Source: a virus
Reading direction: 5' to 3' (one strand)
Virus record (IMG/VR): IMGVR_UViG_3300008266_000002
DNA length: 64,000 bases
Both the position numbers and the translations under genes were made by a program. A model generated the notes under the pieces. It was not told the origin of the DNA and ran no database searches. It saw only the letters and a program-made list of their open reading frames with translations. Below, piece after piece: positions 29,293-39,596 of the stretch. Position 1 is the stretch's first letter, and each line of letters begins with the position of its first letter.

Positions 29293-30941
29293 TGAGTACG
29301 TACACAATATATAAAGCCGACTATAATCCAATATCTAGTTTACCAACCTCAAACCCACTTCAAGTGAGTTTTGATCAAGGTAATGATGCACTCACCTCAA
29401 CAGAGTTGCTAACTGCAAACGGGAAATATCAACGTATTGTGCATAGATCAGTTGATCACCTCTACTACCGTGATTTTCTAAGTAATAACAAAGCTTCTTT
29501 TGGAAGTGGTAATATTAATAGCCAAGAAAGATGGTTAGAAGATCAGGCTTATATTATAAGCGTACCACAATCCAAATTTGGTGAAGCGTTAATGCCTGAG
29601 TCAGTAATCATATCAATGAGTTATACTATGGCTCCAGCATCTGGTACCTATACTGGTACCTATGCTGTAGGAACTTGGACAGTAGAAGATGATGGTTTAG
29701 GTAATTTGTTTATAACAGGAAGTTCTTTCTATTCGCCTTATGGTCAGTTTGTTGGCGGAGCTTTTACAAACTACTCATCATCTGTAGATAAAACTCTTGT
29801 AGGTATGTGGCCACAAGATGATCTATATCGATACACAAACGCATCATATGTAAATATTACACAAAGTTTTAATAAGGGTTTGTGGCAAATGGAATCGTTA
29901 TATAGTAACGTAGCCGCTACATACCAGAGTGGTTCTAATTATACACTAGAGGAGAAAGACTTTCTTGGAGCTACCTGGAATTTTACAGCATCTTTGAGTT
30001 CAAGTCTTAGAATTAAACCAAATGTCAGTAAGGATTATAATCAAAAGTATAACTTCCAAAATGATAACTTTTCAATAAACATGGTGGTGATACCATCACA
30101 GGAACCAACCCACCCATCCGGATCAATACTTTTGTCTAAACAAGGACCAGTTGAGGAAGTGAGAATTGACTTAAATGGTAATCCATATACATACGATATA
30201 CCTAACAAAACGCCATATAGATTAAGCTATATGTCGGGAAGTTTAAAAATAAAATTTGAAAAAGACAATGGAGCAGAGCAGTTTGTATTAACTAGTAGTG
30301 CAGTTGCATATGTTGATACAGTAAGCCATGTTACACTAACACGTTCCGGATCACAATACTCTCTACACGTGTTTAACTATGCAGATTCATCGGTCAATTC
30401 AGGATCATCGCTATTATCGGACAACTTGTGTGCGAATTTATCTGACATATATATTGGTAATTCTTATGATGGAGTTCGAGGTTTTAGTGGAGTTATTGAT
30501 AACATAAAAATATACAAAGACACTCTTACAGCCAACGATATAAACATCCTCCGACACACAATGGGTGTTGGAAATTTGCATATTGGAAATGTATTTTATA
30601 ATCATGGTATGATGGTATTATCGTCCATTCCATCGAAGTTTGGCGAGATATTATCAGTGACCTCTAGAGGAACTCATACAATCTGGGAAACGGAGATAAG
30701 TTGTACAGTTGGTCCTGGTGAGTTTGGAATGAGTTGTAATCCAACATTGCAGGAATATGATCCAATCTATAACGATTTTGTTTACAGATCCTTTGTTACG
30801 AGCTCCTACTTCAAACCATATGTAACGTCAGTTGGATTGTATGATGATTATGGTAACCTCTTAGCAATCGGAAAACTTAACACACCAATCCAAACACCAA
30901 ATAACGTTGATACAACATTTATAGTTCGTTTTGATAGATAA
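29292..30941 (+). CDS. Baseplate/tail protein with LamG-like insertion
   Basis: HVTLTR...IYIG...FSGVIDNIKIY LamG motifs; C-terminal YVTSVGLYDDYGNLLAIGKL. Confidence 0.65.
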   Translation: MSTYTIYKADYNPISSLPTSNPLQVSFDQGNDALTSTELLTANGKYQRIVHRSVDHLYYRDFLSNNKASFGSGNINSQERWLEDQAYIISVPQSKFGEALMPESVIISMSYTMAPASGTYTGTYAVGTWTVEDDGLGNLFITGSSFYSPYGQFVGGAFTNYSSSVDKTLVGMWPQDDLYRYTNASYVNITQSFNKGLWQMESLYSNVAATYQSGSNYTLEEKDFLGATWNFTASLSSSLRIKPNVSKDYNQKYNFQNDNFSINMVVIPSQEPTHPSGSILLSKQGPVEEVRIDLNGNPYTYDIPNKTPYRLSYMSGSLKIKFEKDNGAEQFVLTSSAVAYVDTVSHVTLTRSGSQYSLHVFNYADSSVNSGSSLLSDNLCANLSDIYIGNSYDGVRGFSGVIDNIKIYKDTLTANDINILRHTMGVGNLHIGNVFYNHGMMVLSSIPSKFGEILSVTSRGTHTIWETEISCTVGPGEFGMSCNPTLQEYDPIYNDFVYRSFVTSSYFKPYVTSVGLYDDYGNLLAIGKLNTPIQTPNNVDTTFIVRFDR

Positions 30942-30942
30942 T

Positions 30943-31344
30943 ATGGCAAAAGCAAGGTTTACAAAAAGACAGGCAGCTGTCAAACATGGTTATAGAAGTG
31001 GCTTAGAGGAACAACTGGATAGTACGCTAAAGACTCATGGAGTTGATGGTCAGTATGAACAACATACAATCAAGTACATTATACCAGCTTCGGAGCATAC
31101 TTACACTCCTGATTTTAAACTACCAAATGGAATTTATATAGAAACTAAAGGTAGGTTTGTGTTAGAGGATAGAAAAAAACATATCCTAATCAGAGAGCAA
31201 CATCCACAACTAGATATTAGATTTATTTTTCAAAACTCAAAAGGCAAACTTCGTAAAGGGTCAAAGACAACTTATGCTGATTGGTGTGTAAAACATGGAT
31301 TTTTATATGCCGATAAGACTATTCCACAAGAGTGGCTAAAATAG
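30943..31344 (+). CDS. T7 endonuclease I-like Holliday junction resolvase
   Basis: YRSGLEE, YTPDF, IETKGRF, DIRFIFQ, TTYADWC; start moved to ATG 30943. Confidence 0.92.
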   Translation: MAKARFTKRQAAVKHGYRSGLEEQLDSTLKTHGVDGQYEQHTIKYIIPASEHTYTPDFKLPNGIYIETKGRFVLEDRKKHILIREQHPQLDIRFIFQNSKGKLRKGSKTTYADWCVKHGFLYADKTIPQEWLK

Positions 31345-31356
31345 AAAAATAAGTTG

Positions 31357-31364
31357 TATATTTG
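31357..31364 (+). promoter_or_regulatory. Bacteroidota housekeeping-sigma -7 element (TAnnTTTG)
   Basis: TATATTTG 4 nt upstream of primase ATG 31369; no clear -33 TTTG. Confidence 0.6.
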
Positions 31365-31368
31365 CAGT

Positions 31369-32295
31369 ATGAGTACAAACATACAACAAGCTAAACACAT
31401 TTTGGATGAACATTTAGGCTCAAGTGTTCAACATAGAAAGGATGGTGAGATCAGTTATCACTGTCCATTTTGCAACCATTATAAGCCAAAACTGCAAGTC
31501 AATCTTAACACACAAAAGTGGCATTGTTGGGTTTGCGATAGCAAGGGACAAACTCTATTATCGCTACTCAAGAAAAGTAATGCGCCAGTTCCCGTCTTTT
31601 CAAAGATTAGAGAAATATATGGTGAAACGCGGTTCAATTCTGCTCCAGAGTATGGACGAGAGTTGGTTGGATTACCTGAAGGCTATAAACCACTCTACAT
31701 ACAACAAAACACTCCAGATTATCGTAATGCCCTCCATTATGTGTTGAATACAAGAAAGCTAACTCCTATTGATATACTACGTTATCAGGTGGGTTATTGT
31801 GAGGAAGGACCTTATGCTGGGATGGTTATTATACCAAGCTACAACGAAGATAATTCAATCAACTATTATGTAGGTAGAAGTTATTATAGTAATGCACAAA
31901 TAAAACACAAGAACCCACCAGTCTCTAAAGATGTTGTTGGTTTTGAGAATCAAATCAATTGGAATGAACCAATTATAATTGTGGAAGGTGCTTTTGATGC
32001 AATTGCAACAAAAAGGAATGCCATACCATTATTTGGAAAAAAAATTCTTAGTAACCTTAGGAGCAAGATATTAACATCAAAAGTTGAAAAGCTATATTTA
32101 GCGTTAGATAGAGATGCTTTTAGGGATTCTATCAAAGAAGTTGAATATTTTATGAATAATGGTGTACAAGTGTATATAATTGATCTCCCAGGCAAAGATC
32201 CGAGTGATATTGGCTATGTTTCTATGGTAGAAGCTATTAACACAGCCAAGCAAGTAGACTTTTTTGATCTGGTGAAATACAAAATAATGTTATGA
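31369..32295 (+). CDS. DNA primase (Zn finger + TOPRIM)
   Basis: CPFCNH...WHCWVC zinc finger; IVEGAFDA, LDRDA, KDP TOPRIM motifs; start moved to ATG 31369. Confidence 0.88.
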   Translation: MSTNIQQAKHILDEHLGSSVQHRKDGEISYHCPFCNHYKPKLQVNLNTQKWHCWVCDSKGQTLLSLLKKSNAPVPVFSKIREIYGETRFNSAPEYGRELVGLPEGYKPLYIQQNTPDYRNALHYVLNTRKLTPIDILRYQVGYCEEGPYAGMVIIPSYNEDNSINYYVGRSYYSNAQIKHKNPPVSKDVVGFENQINWNEPIIIVEGAFDAIATKRNAIPLFGKKILSNLRSKILTSKVEKLYLALDRDAFRDSIKEVEYFMNNGVQVYIIDLPGKDPSDIGYVSMVEAINTAKQVDFFDLVKYKIML

Positions 32296-35200
32296 TAAAC
32301 AAACTAAACTGTAAAGTAGAAAGAGTTGAAAAAATTCTACACATTGCTGATATTCATTTACGTAATTGGAAAAGACATAAGGAGTTTAAGGATGTGTTTG
32401 AAAAACTGTTTTTAGCAGTTGATCAGCTACCTGAGGAGAGTATTGTTACGATTGGTGGTGATATTGTTCATGCCAAAACGGATATGAGTCCAGAACTTAT
32501 AAAAATGGTCTCCTACTTGTTTACTGAGTTAGCAGATAGAGTACCTACAATCGTAATCACTGGCAATCATGATGCAAATTTAAACAATAATAATCGATTA
32601 GATGCACTTACACCCATTGTTGAAGCAATTAATCATCCAAATTTATATTACCTACGTAATTCGGGTTTGTATGAGGTAGGTGATGTAGCAATCAGTGTAA
32701 TGTCATTATTGGATGCAAAAGAAGATTATATTACTTTTGATAAGATTCCAAATAAAAAAACCTATAGGCATACGATAGCAATGTATCATGGTACAATAGC
32801 TAACAGTGAAGTTGATAGTGGATTAACTTTATCTCATGGATTGGATTGGGATACGTTTGCTGGCTACGATCTTGTATTGTTAGGTGACATACATAAACGT
32901 CAAGTACTATCAAAAGAAGATCCAATTATATTCTATCCTGGATCGTTAGTTCAACAAAACTTTGGAGAAGCGTTTGATGGTCATGGATATGCGTTAGTTG
33001 ATCTAGGAGAGAAGGGAGACATAAAGTATGAATTTAAGGATATAGATAACGATTATGGCTTTTATACTCTTGATATTATAGATGGAGTGTTGCCAAATAA
33101 ACTACCCATAACACAACATACTAATGTCAGACTAAGAACACGAAACACATCACCAGCTGACCTTAAACGAGTATTAGCAACTATCAGAAAACAGTACAGA
33201 AATAACGATGTAATAGTACAAAAGTTAGATAAAAGTGTAGGTTTAGATGATAGTAGGTTGTTTGGTGAGTCTTTGCATCAAGGTGATGTGAGAAACCTAC
33301 AATATCAAAACCAACTCATTACAGAGTATTTACAAAATGAGGGATTAGATGAAGATACTTTGCAAGCTGTTTTGGGTATAAATGCCTCATTAAACCAGTC
33401 TTTGAACTTAGGAGAGACAGCTCGTAATGTTATATGGAAACCAAAGAAGTTTGAGTTTTCAAACATGTTTAGCTATGGTGAGGATAACGTAGTAAGCTTT
33501 GATACCTTTGAAGGTACTTGTGGATTATTTGCACCAAATCATGCAGGAAAGTCAGCAATACTTGATGCATTGTGTTTTTGTTTATTTGATCAATCATTCA
33601 GAGCAAGTAAGGCAGAGCAAGTCCTTAATAGAAAGAAAGATGAGTTTTGGTGTAAGTTTAATTTTGAATTAGGTGGCTTGGATTATTATGTTGAGAAGAA
33701 GGCTTATCGTTATAAGAGTGGGGCTCTGAAGGGAAAGTTGAGAGTTGATGTGGATTTCTGGATGATTAATAGTGATGGTGAGAGAGTGTCTTTGAATGGA
33801 GAGCAACGTAGAGATACTAATTACTGCATACAATCGTATGTTGGTACGTTTGATGATTTTATATTAACAGCACTGTCTCTTCAACAAAATAACTCAAACT
33901 TTATTGATAAGACACAAGGTGAGCGTAAAGATCTACTAGCTAACTTTTTAGATCTAAAAATATTCGATGCATTACATGACTCAGCAAATAAGGAAAATAG
34001 AGCTGCAGTTGTAGTATTAGAAGAATATCAAAAACAAGATTTCGAAACAAGACTTGGAGATGCTGAAAGATTAAAAGAGCTTAACGAAGATAAACATGAG
34101 CAAGCTCAGATTGATGTTGATAGAGTTGAGGATGAGCTACAACAACTAACAAACAATCTGGTTGGGTTTAATAAACAGTTGCAACCATGTAATGCAGACG
34201 GTCTTGATATCAATAAGCTACAAAAGGATCTACAAACATCGATTAATCGTCAAAGTGAATTGGTTGATTTAATACAACAAGCACAAAGAAATTTGCAAGA
34301 TACCGAAAACAATCTACAACATATAACACAAGAACTTACTCAACATAAAAGTACATTCGATGCTGAATTATATAAAACCTATACAACTAAGATACAAGAG
34401 AAAACGCAGCTTGATAGTACACTATCTACACTCAAGGTCACTATCAAAAATAAACTTGAGAAGCTGGAAAAACTTCAGCAACATGAATATGACCCTAATT
34501 GTAAATACTGCGTATCAAACGTGTTTGTTAAGGACGCCATTGATACAAAATCCCAATTGGAAGACGATAAAAAAACAGTACACGACTTCTTACAAAAGTT
34601 AAAAGGTGTGAGTGATTTTATTGAACAAAATAATTTTATTCAAGTTCAAGCGGATGAGATACAAGCTCTATTAAAACAACTCCAAAATGCTAAAAATGAT
34701 GTAGAAAGAGCGCAGAGTGTATGTGATCGTTACTCTAGAGATAGAGACATAGAACAACATAAGATTGATAGAATTGAGAAAGATATTATTACATATAACG
34801 ATAATGTAACAATCTTAGAAAACAACAAAAAAATACACACCCAGATAAAAGAAATAGATGTTAAGATTGGTCATAAGAAAATAGAATTATCAAAACTAAA
34901 CAACGTTGTAAAGGATCTTCATGGAAAGATCAAGGTGGCAGAGCAAACTATAAACGATTGTAACAAATCAATCCAACATATGCAACAACTTGCTGATAAG
35001 CAAGTAGCGTATGATCTCTATTGCAAAGCTATGTGTAAGGATGGAATTCCATATGTGTTGATTAGTAAGGCTGTTCCATATATCCAACAATATGTTAATA
35101 ATATACTCAATCAAATTATCGACTTTACAGTTGATCTAGAGACGGATGGAAAGAATATAAATGTGTTTATTTGCTATGATGACAATAGATGGCCATTAGA

Positions 35201-35477
35201 ATTGAGTTCGGGAATGGAAAGGTTTTTATCATCGTTAGCAATTCGTATTGCGCTAATAAAAATAACAAATTTACCTAAACCAGATTTCATTGCAATTGAT
35301 GAAGGATTAGGAGTATTAGACTCATCTAACTTAAACTCAATGCACACTTTATTTAACTACATGAAAGATATATTTAGGTTTTCGTTGGTCATTTCGCACA
35401 TTGATGTGGTAAGAGATATGGTTGATAACATATTAACAATAGACAGAAAGGATGATTTAAGCTACATAAATTGTTAG
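32292..35477 (+). CDS. Fused Mre11/SbcD nuclease - Rad50/SbcC ATPase (gp47-gp46 equivalent)
   Basis: DIH, GDIVH, GNHD, GDIH phosphoesterase motifs; Walker A APNHAGKS; coiled coil with CKYC hook; LSSGME signature; IAIDEG Walker B; ISH. Confidence 0.92.
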   Translation: MINKLNCKVERVEKILHIADIHLRNWKRHKEFKDVFEKLFLAVDQLPEESIVTIGGDIVHAKTDMSPELIKMVSYLFTELADRVPTIVITGNHDANLNNNNRLDALTPIVEAINHPNLYYLRNSGLYEVGDVAISVMSLLDAKEDYITFDKIPNKKTYRHTIAMYHGTIANSEVDSGLTLSHGLDWDTFAGYDLVLLGDIHKRQVLSKEDPIIFYPGSLVQQNFGEAFDGHGYALVDLGEKGDIKYEFKDIDNDYGFYTLDIIDGVLPNKLPITQHTNVRLRTRNTSPADLKRVLATIRKQYRNNDVIVQKLDKSVGLDDSRLFGESLHQGDVRNLQYQNQLITEYLQNEGLDEDTLQAVLGINASLNQSLNLGETARNVIWKPKKFEFSNMFSYGEDNVVSFDTFEGTCGLFAPNHAGKSAILDALCFCLFDQSFRASKAEQVLNRKKDEFWCKFNFELGGLDYYVEKKAYRYKSGALKGKLRVDVDFWMINSDGERVSLNGEQRRDTNYCIQSYVGTFDDFILTALSLQQNNSNFIDKTQGERKDLLANFLDLKIFDALHDSANKENRAAVVVLEEYQKQDFETRLGDAERLKELNEDKHEQAQIDVDRVEDELQQLTNNLVGFNKQLQPCNADGLDINKLQKDLQTSINRQSELVDLIQQAQRNLQDTENNLQHITQELTQHKSTFDAELYKTYTTKIQEKTQLDSTLSTLKVTIKNKLEKLEKLQQHEYDPNCKYCVSNVFVKDAIDTKSQLEDDKKTVHDFLQKLKGVSDFIEQNNFIQVQADEIQALLKQLQNAKNDVERAQSVCDRYSRDRDIEQHKIDRIEKDIITYNDNVTILENNKKIHTQIKEIDVKIGHKKIELSKLNNVVKDLHGKIKVAEQTINDCNKSIQHMQQLADKQVAYDLYCKAMCKDGIPYVLISKAVPYIQQYVNNILNQIIDFTVDLETDGKNINVFICYDDNRWPLELSSGMERFLSSLAIRIALIKITNLPKPDFIAIDEGLGVLDSSNLNSMHTLFNYMKDIFRFSLVISHIDVVRDMVDNILTIDRKDDLSYINC

Positions 35478-35481
35478 GTGA

Positions 35482-35489
35482 TATTTATA
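35482..35489 (+). promoter_or_regulatory. Putative late promoter TATTTATA
   Basis: 4 nt before ATG 35494, where structural genes resume after the replication islet. Confidence 0.7.
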
Positions 35490-35493
35490 TCAT

Positions 35494-37638
35494 ATGGCAA
35501 CATCACAATCATCGTACAAAATACCTCAACCAAGAGGTTATGCTAATCGGACATTCTATATTGAGGATACGTCCGCTACATCCCCATTTTATTTTGATAT
35601 ACAAGACTTTCCTCTAGTGGTTGGAGGTGGAAAGCATGTAGTACGATTTAAAGGTAATGGTCTTAATATGAGACTTAACTCTTCCTTTGATGTTGAATTT
35701 ATTGATGCAGATGGTCAGCGTATCTATACAGAAGTATTAAATTACATCGATCGATTTAACAACTACTACATAGCTTTTGAAATTTATGATGTAACAGCTA
35801 GAGGGGTTGCAACAGCCCATTTTGTTGGAGAAGCTTTATATGATCAGAAAGGAACTCCAGTACCATCTCAGTATCGGGACACCTATAATGTTAGATGGAC
35901 AAAGCAATTTAGTGTACAGCCATTTGAACGAAACAACGCTGAGTTGATTTTCGATAATCCACCTCAAGTCAGCATTGATCAAACGATCATTCCAGCAAGG
36001 ATCGTAACAAACAACTCTGGTAGTGGTTTTCGATTTCAAGTCGTAACAGGAAGCCGTACTCAATTTACTATACAAGATACAAGTTTTCGAGGTTATGATA
36101 GGGATTTTGCTTCGAGTACTGATATTATAGATACACGATTGCAGTCAATCAAAGTGGATCCTTTTTCAAATCCGAGAACAACAAACACAGTACCAACACA
36201 AATTCGAAAAAGGGATACTGATATTCAAAATGGTTTTTTTACAACATTTGCTGATCGATACACTACAATAATACAAGCAACATCGTCTTTTTTTACTAAG
36301 CAGTTTTTAGGAGCATTGTTTGAATTTTATGATCAAAATAGTACACCAAGCTACCTTTATCCTTCGCCTCCATCAAATGTCAGTGTATCAGGTAGTGCTA
36401 CAAGTCAATTAGTCTCATACAAAGCGACAGTTGTAGAGGTAATTAATGCACGACAAGCTGTTTTGGATACTCCTCTAGAGGTAAAGGCGTTTGATAATAG
36501 TGGTTTAGGTAGTAGAGAAATAAAACATAAATATTATCAAGCTGGATTATTTACTGGCAGTTTGACTTATATACCAACTGAGTTTACCTATACGACAAGT
36601 TCAGCAGTAAGTGAATCGTATGTTCAGTTTACGTTTACGGATTTAAAGCCTATTAGTGGAGAAGTTTATAGAATTAGAACATCGACGAAGTTTGGAGACA
36701 CCGTTGGAGATTATAAGCTTTTAAATGATCAAGTAGTTAAGCCCGTAGAGTATTTAACAGATGCGGAATATCCAAACGGAATTGCACATACTATGCACGA
36801 TTCTGATTATCGTATGATTGGGCATTTCGTAACTCAGTCAATATTAGAGACATATTGGAACTTTTATTCTGAAATACCAAACGAAGTAGACCTAGTTTCA
36901 GGATCTCTGGGAAACCTAATACAATCGGACTCAGCTTTATTAAACACAAGCTACACACAATCAAAAGTATTTACAACTGCATACGATCAAAACTACAACG
37001 AGAATCAGAAATATACGTTAAGTGCGTACATATCACTAGCACCATATACGGAGTTGGAATTTTATATGATCAGCGATCCACTTAATCTTCATGTGATAAC
37101 ACCATCAATTTTTCCAAAAGCGTTTTTGAAGAGTCCTAATAATGAGAGGACTAGATATGGTGGGGATTATAGCAGGTTTGGAAAATATATTGGAAAAATT
37201 ACAAATGATAGACCAACTCATAAGTACTATGGAAGAGTTCTGTTTGATTTTGAAGCTGATAGTGACGGACTTGGAAGTCCGCTTTTCAGAGCGAAAATCG
37301 TGGATGAGATGAATATTACTGGAAGCGCGTATGTAAGCGATATTAGTATAAAACCATACACCCTGAATGGATTTACCCCAACAATTGTTCAATATGCAGT
37401 ACCTCTTCCAACTGAATTAGTACTAGCTTCACAAGTATCGCAATCAATCGATTTTAAGATTGAATACTTAGACTACACAGGACGGCAATCGGAATACACA
37501 ACCTATGTGGATGATGTTTTATTGAATTTTAGGGTACAAATTGCATCAAACACATGCCAAGACGATAAGCTGTTTTTTGCGTATGATGCATCTTACTTTA
37601 GTATACCAACTCAACCTAAATCATTACCTAGAACATAA
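35494..37638 (+). CDS. Putative tail/baseplate structural protein
   Basis: Beta-rich, 714 aa, late motif upstream, many [ST]xS motifs. Confidence 0.55.
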   Translation: MATSQSSYKIPQPRGYANRTFYIEDTSATSPFYFDIQDFPLVVGGGKHVVRFKGNGLNMRLNSSFDVEFIDADGQRIYTEVLNYIDRFNNYYIAFEIYDVTARGVATAHFVGEALYDQKGTPVPSQYRDTYNVRWTKQFSVQPFERNNAELIFDNPPQVSIDQTIIPARIVTNNSGSGFRFQVVTGSRTQFTIQDTSFRGYDRDFASSTDIIDTRLQSIKVDPFSNPRTTNTVPTQIRKRDTDIQNGFFTTFADRYTTIIQATSSFFTKQFLGALFEFYDQNSTPSYLYPSPPSNVSVSGSATSQLVSYKATVVEVINARQAVLDTPLEVKAFDNSGLGSREIKHKYYQAGLFTGSLTYIPTEFTYTTSSAVSESYVQFTFTDLKPISGEVYRIRTSTKFGDTVGDYKLLNDQVVKPVEYLTDAEYPNGIAHTMHDSDYRMIGHFVTQSILETYWNFYSEIPNEVDLVSGSLGNLIQSDSALLNTSYTQSKVFTTAYDQNYNENQKYTLSAYISLAPYTELEFYMISDPLNLHVITPSIFPKAFLKSPNNERTRYGGDYSRFGKYIGKITNDRPTHKYYGRVLFDFEADSDGLGSPLFRAKIVDEMNITGSAYVSDISIKPYTLNGFTPTIVQYAVPLPTELVLASQVSQSIDFKIEYLDYTGRQSEYTTYVDDVLLNFRVQIASNTCQDDKLFFAYDASYFSIPTQPKSLPRT

Positions 37639-37639
37639 T

Positions 37640-39043
37640 ATGGGCGCTATAACCAGAGTTTTTGATTTATTTTATAAAAGATTCCAAACAGGTTCTACTG
37701 GAACTAATAATAATGATGGTTGGATAGGAAATCTTTCAGAACTGTGGTGGGATATTGATAGTACCACACCACTAATATCAAGTTCTTTCCTAAATTACCC
37801 AAAAGATCCATCCATATCGTCATCATACCTTACAACGAGAGATTCAGGTAGCAATCAATTTTATCGTGCTATACCATGGGGTTCTGCTGCTTGTGATTAT
37901 TTGTGGAATTGTAATGTGCCATCGTGGTCTTATCATGACTCGTCATCAACAGTGGAAAAACCAGGAGGTGGTGGATCGCGAGCAATTGTGGATCGTTTTT
38001 GGACTATAAACACCTTAACAACTGGAAGTTTCTTCAGATATTATCCTCCAGGAGTTAATAACAGCTTCGGAGTTGCAGGATATCCAGTTACATCTAGTTG
38101 GCGCGTATTAGATTTAAAATTTTTTGCAAGTATGAGTGGTAACACAACATCATCCTTTAGATACTTGCATCAGGCTCAGGGAGAGACAGTATATCCAACA
38201 TTTGTAGGAAGCCAATACATAGCTTTTGTGTCACAATCGGAGAGAAGTCAAGAAATAGCATATGATATCACATGGCCTGCTATTACAAGTTTATCGACAG
38301 CGTCTGTTGACGGTGGTTATTTTGATCTAGGGGGTGCTGTAGGAATTACAAGAAGTGCTATTAGTCGCTCTCTCGTAACAATGTCAGTTTATAACTCGGA
38401 TGTCACAGCTACAGGCATACGAAACATGACAGAAGCTCTCAAATCACGAAGACTATTTTTTCCAGTACCAGTTAGCGGAAGTGGAACAACTTTAGGTACA
38501 GACTATTGGTTTAAACAAAATACTGGATACAATGCAACAGAGGTATTTGATACTAACGGAGGAATTTACAATGTGCAATTTTCATTAAAAAAAGCAAGTG
38601 GTTCATATGACATGTATCCTGATAATGATATGTTTATGACTGTTTTTATTCACGATGTGCAATCCAATGTACCAGTATTATCAGAACGAGTACCGGGAGC
38701 GGCAGGATGGTATCCTCCCGAGAATAATATAGTTGTAATAGGTAATGGTTATGGATTAACTCCACAGATGACTTTTGTGGATCAACAATCAGGTTTACAA
38801 ATTGAACGATTTAATTTCAACGTTATTCAATATGGATATCCAGCTCAATTCTGTATTGAAGTAAGTGGTTCTTTGAGTAGCGATAAGTACTTTGGAGTGT
38901 TAGTAGATGATTTTCAAATATGTAAAGTGGGAGTGACGACCGATCCACAATTCATAAAACAACAATCAGTAGCACAAACAACTGTGATATTTACAGGACA
39001 GGGTACCGTCGCACCACCATCATTCCCAGCAGAAGAGTCTTAA
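37640..39043 (+). CDS. Putative virion structural protein
   Basis: Start moved to ATG 37640 (1 nt after the upstream stop); aromatic/Ser-rich, about 13 [ST]xS motifs. Confidence 0.55.
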   Translation: MGAITRVFDLFYKRFQTGSTGTNNNDGWIGNLSELWWDIDSTTPLISSSFLNYPKDPSISSSYLTTRDSGSNQFYRAIPWGSAACDYLWNCNVPSWSYHDSSSTVEKPGGGGSRAIVDRFWTINTLTTGSFFRYYPPGVNNSFGVAGYPVTSSWRVLDLKFFASMSGNTTSSFRYLHQAQGETVYPTFVGSQYIAFVSQSERSQEIAYDITWPAITSLSTASVDGGYFDLGGAVGITRSAISRSLVTMSVYNSDVTATGIRNMTEALKSRRLFFPVPVSGSGTTLGTDYWFKQNTGYNATEVFDTNGGIYNVQFSLKKASGSYDMYPDNDMFMTVFIHDVQSNVPVLSERVPGAAGWYPPENNIVVIGNGYGLTPQMTFVDQQSGLQIERFNFNVIQYGYPAQFCIEVSGSLSSDKYFGVLVDDFQICKVGVTTDPQFIKQQSVAQTTVIFTGQGTVAPPSFPAEES

Positions 39044-39044
39044 T

Positions 39045-39596
39045 ATGATAGCAAACAAGACAATCCAAAATGTGACTAAACCTTTCCCAATTGTGCAAGC
39101 ACTAAGAAATGAGCATGCACTAGGAAAAATATTAATTAAAAATGTCTATCAGCAGTGGAAAGGTGAGAGTATTCAGCAAGTGAAACAATTGCATGAGAAT
39201 AACCCCTATTCATTAAGAATTGGAATGCCAAAAATAGATGATGAATTGAGAGGAGATGCAATGTATTTTATCTTGCACTACTTATCATACAATCCAATTA
39301 CAAAGGATATTGAAAAACGTGAATTAATTCCATATCGTAATATGGAAAAATTATATATTGGTCAATCTATTCAAGAAAAGGAGTATAGTGATTATCGATT
39401 GTTTGTTGATGGGAAGGCCGTTATGCAAGATCTACACTTAACAAACATAGATCAAAACCAATCGATTACCCAGCTAATAGTAAACCTAACGAATAAAGTT
39501 GAAAAACTACAAGCTGAAGTAATAAATTTACGTCGTCAACTTAATTCGAGCCATATTTATACACAAGGTACCGTTAACAATGAATTTACTATCTAA
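39045..39596 (+). CDS. Hypothetical protein with C-terminal coiled coil
   Basis: RLFVDGK...LTNKVEKLQAEVINLRRQL resembles trimerising ends of fibre proteins. Confidence 0.5.
   Translation: MIANKTIQNVTKPFPIVQALRNEHALGKILIKNVYQQWKGESIQQVKQLHENNPYSLRIGMPKIDDELRGDAMYFILHYLSYNPITKDIEKRELIPYRNMEKLYIGQSIQEKEYSDYRLFVDGKAVMQDLHLTNIDQNQSITQLIVNLTNKVEKLQAEVINLRRQLNSSHIYTQGTVNNEFTI
39554..39561 (+). promoter_or_regulatory. Putative late promoter TATTTATA (within upstream CDS)
   Basis: 18 nt before ATG 39580. Confidence 0.6.

Noticed and set aside
29265-29294. Programmed -1 frameshift fusing 27913 and 29292 via AAATTTA
   Set aside because: The heptamer is out of phase for X XXY YYZ and the -1 frame has a TAG at 29265; TAATG coupling explains the junction.
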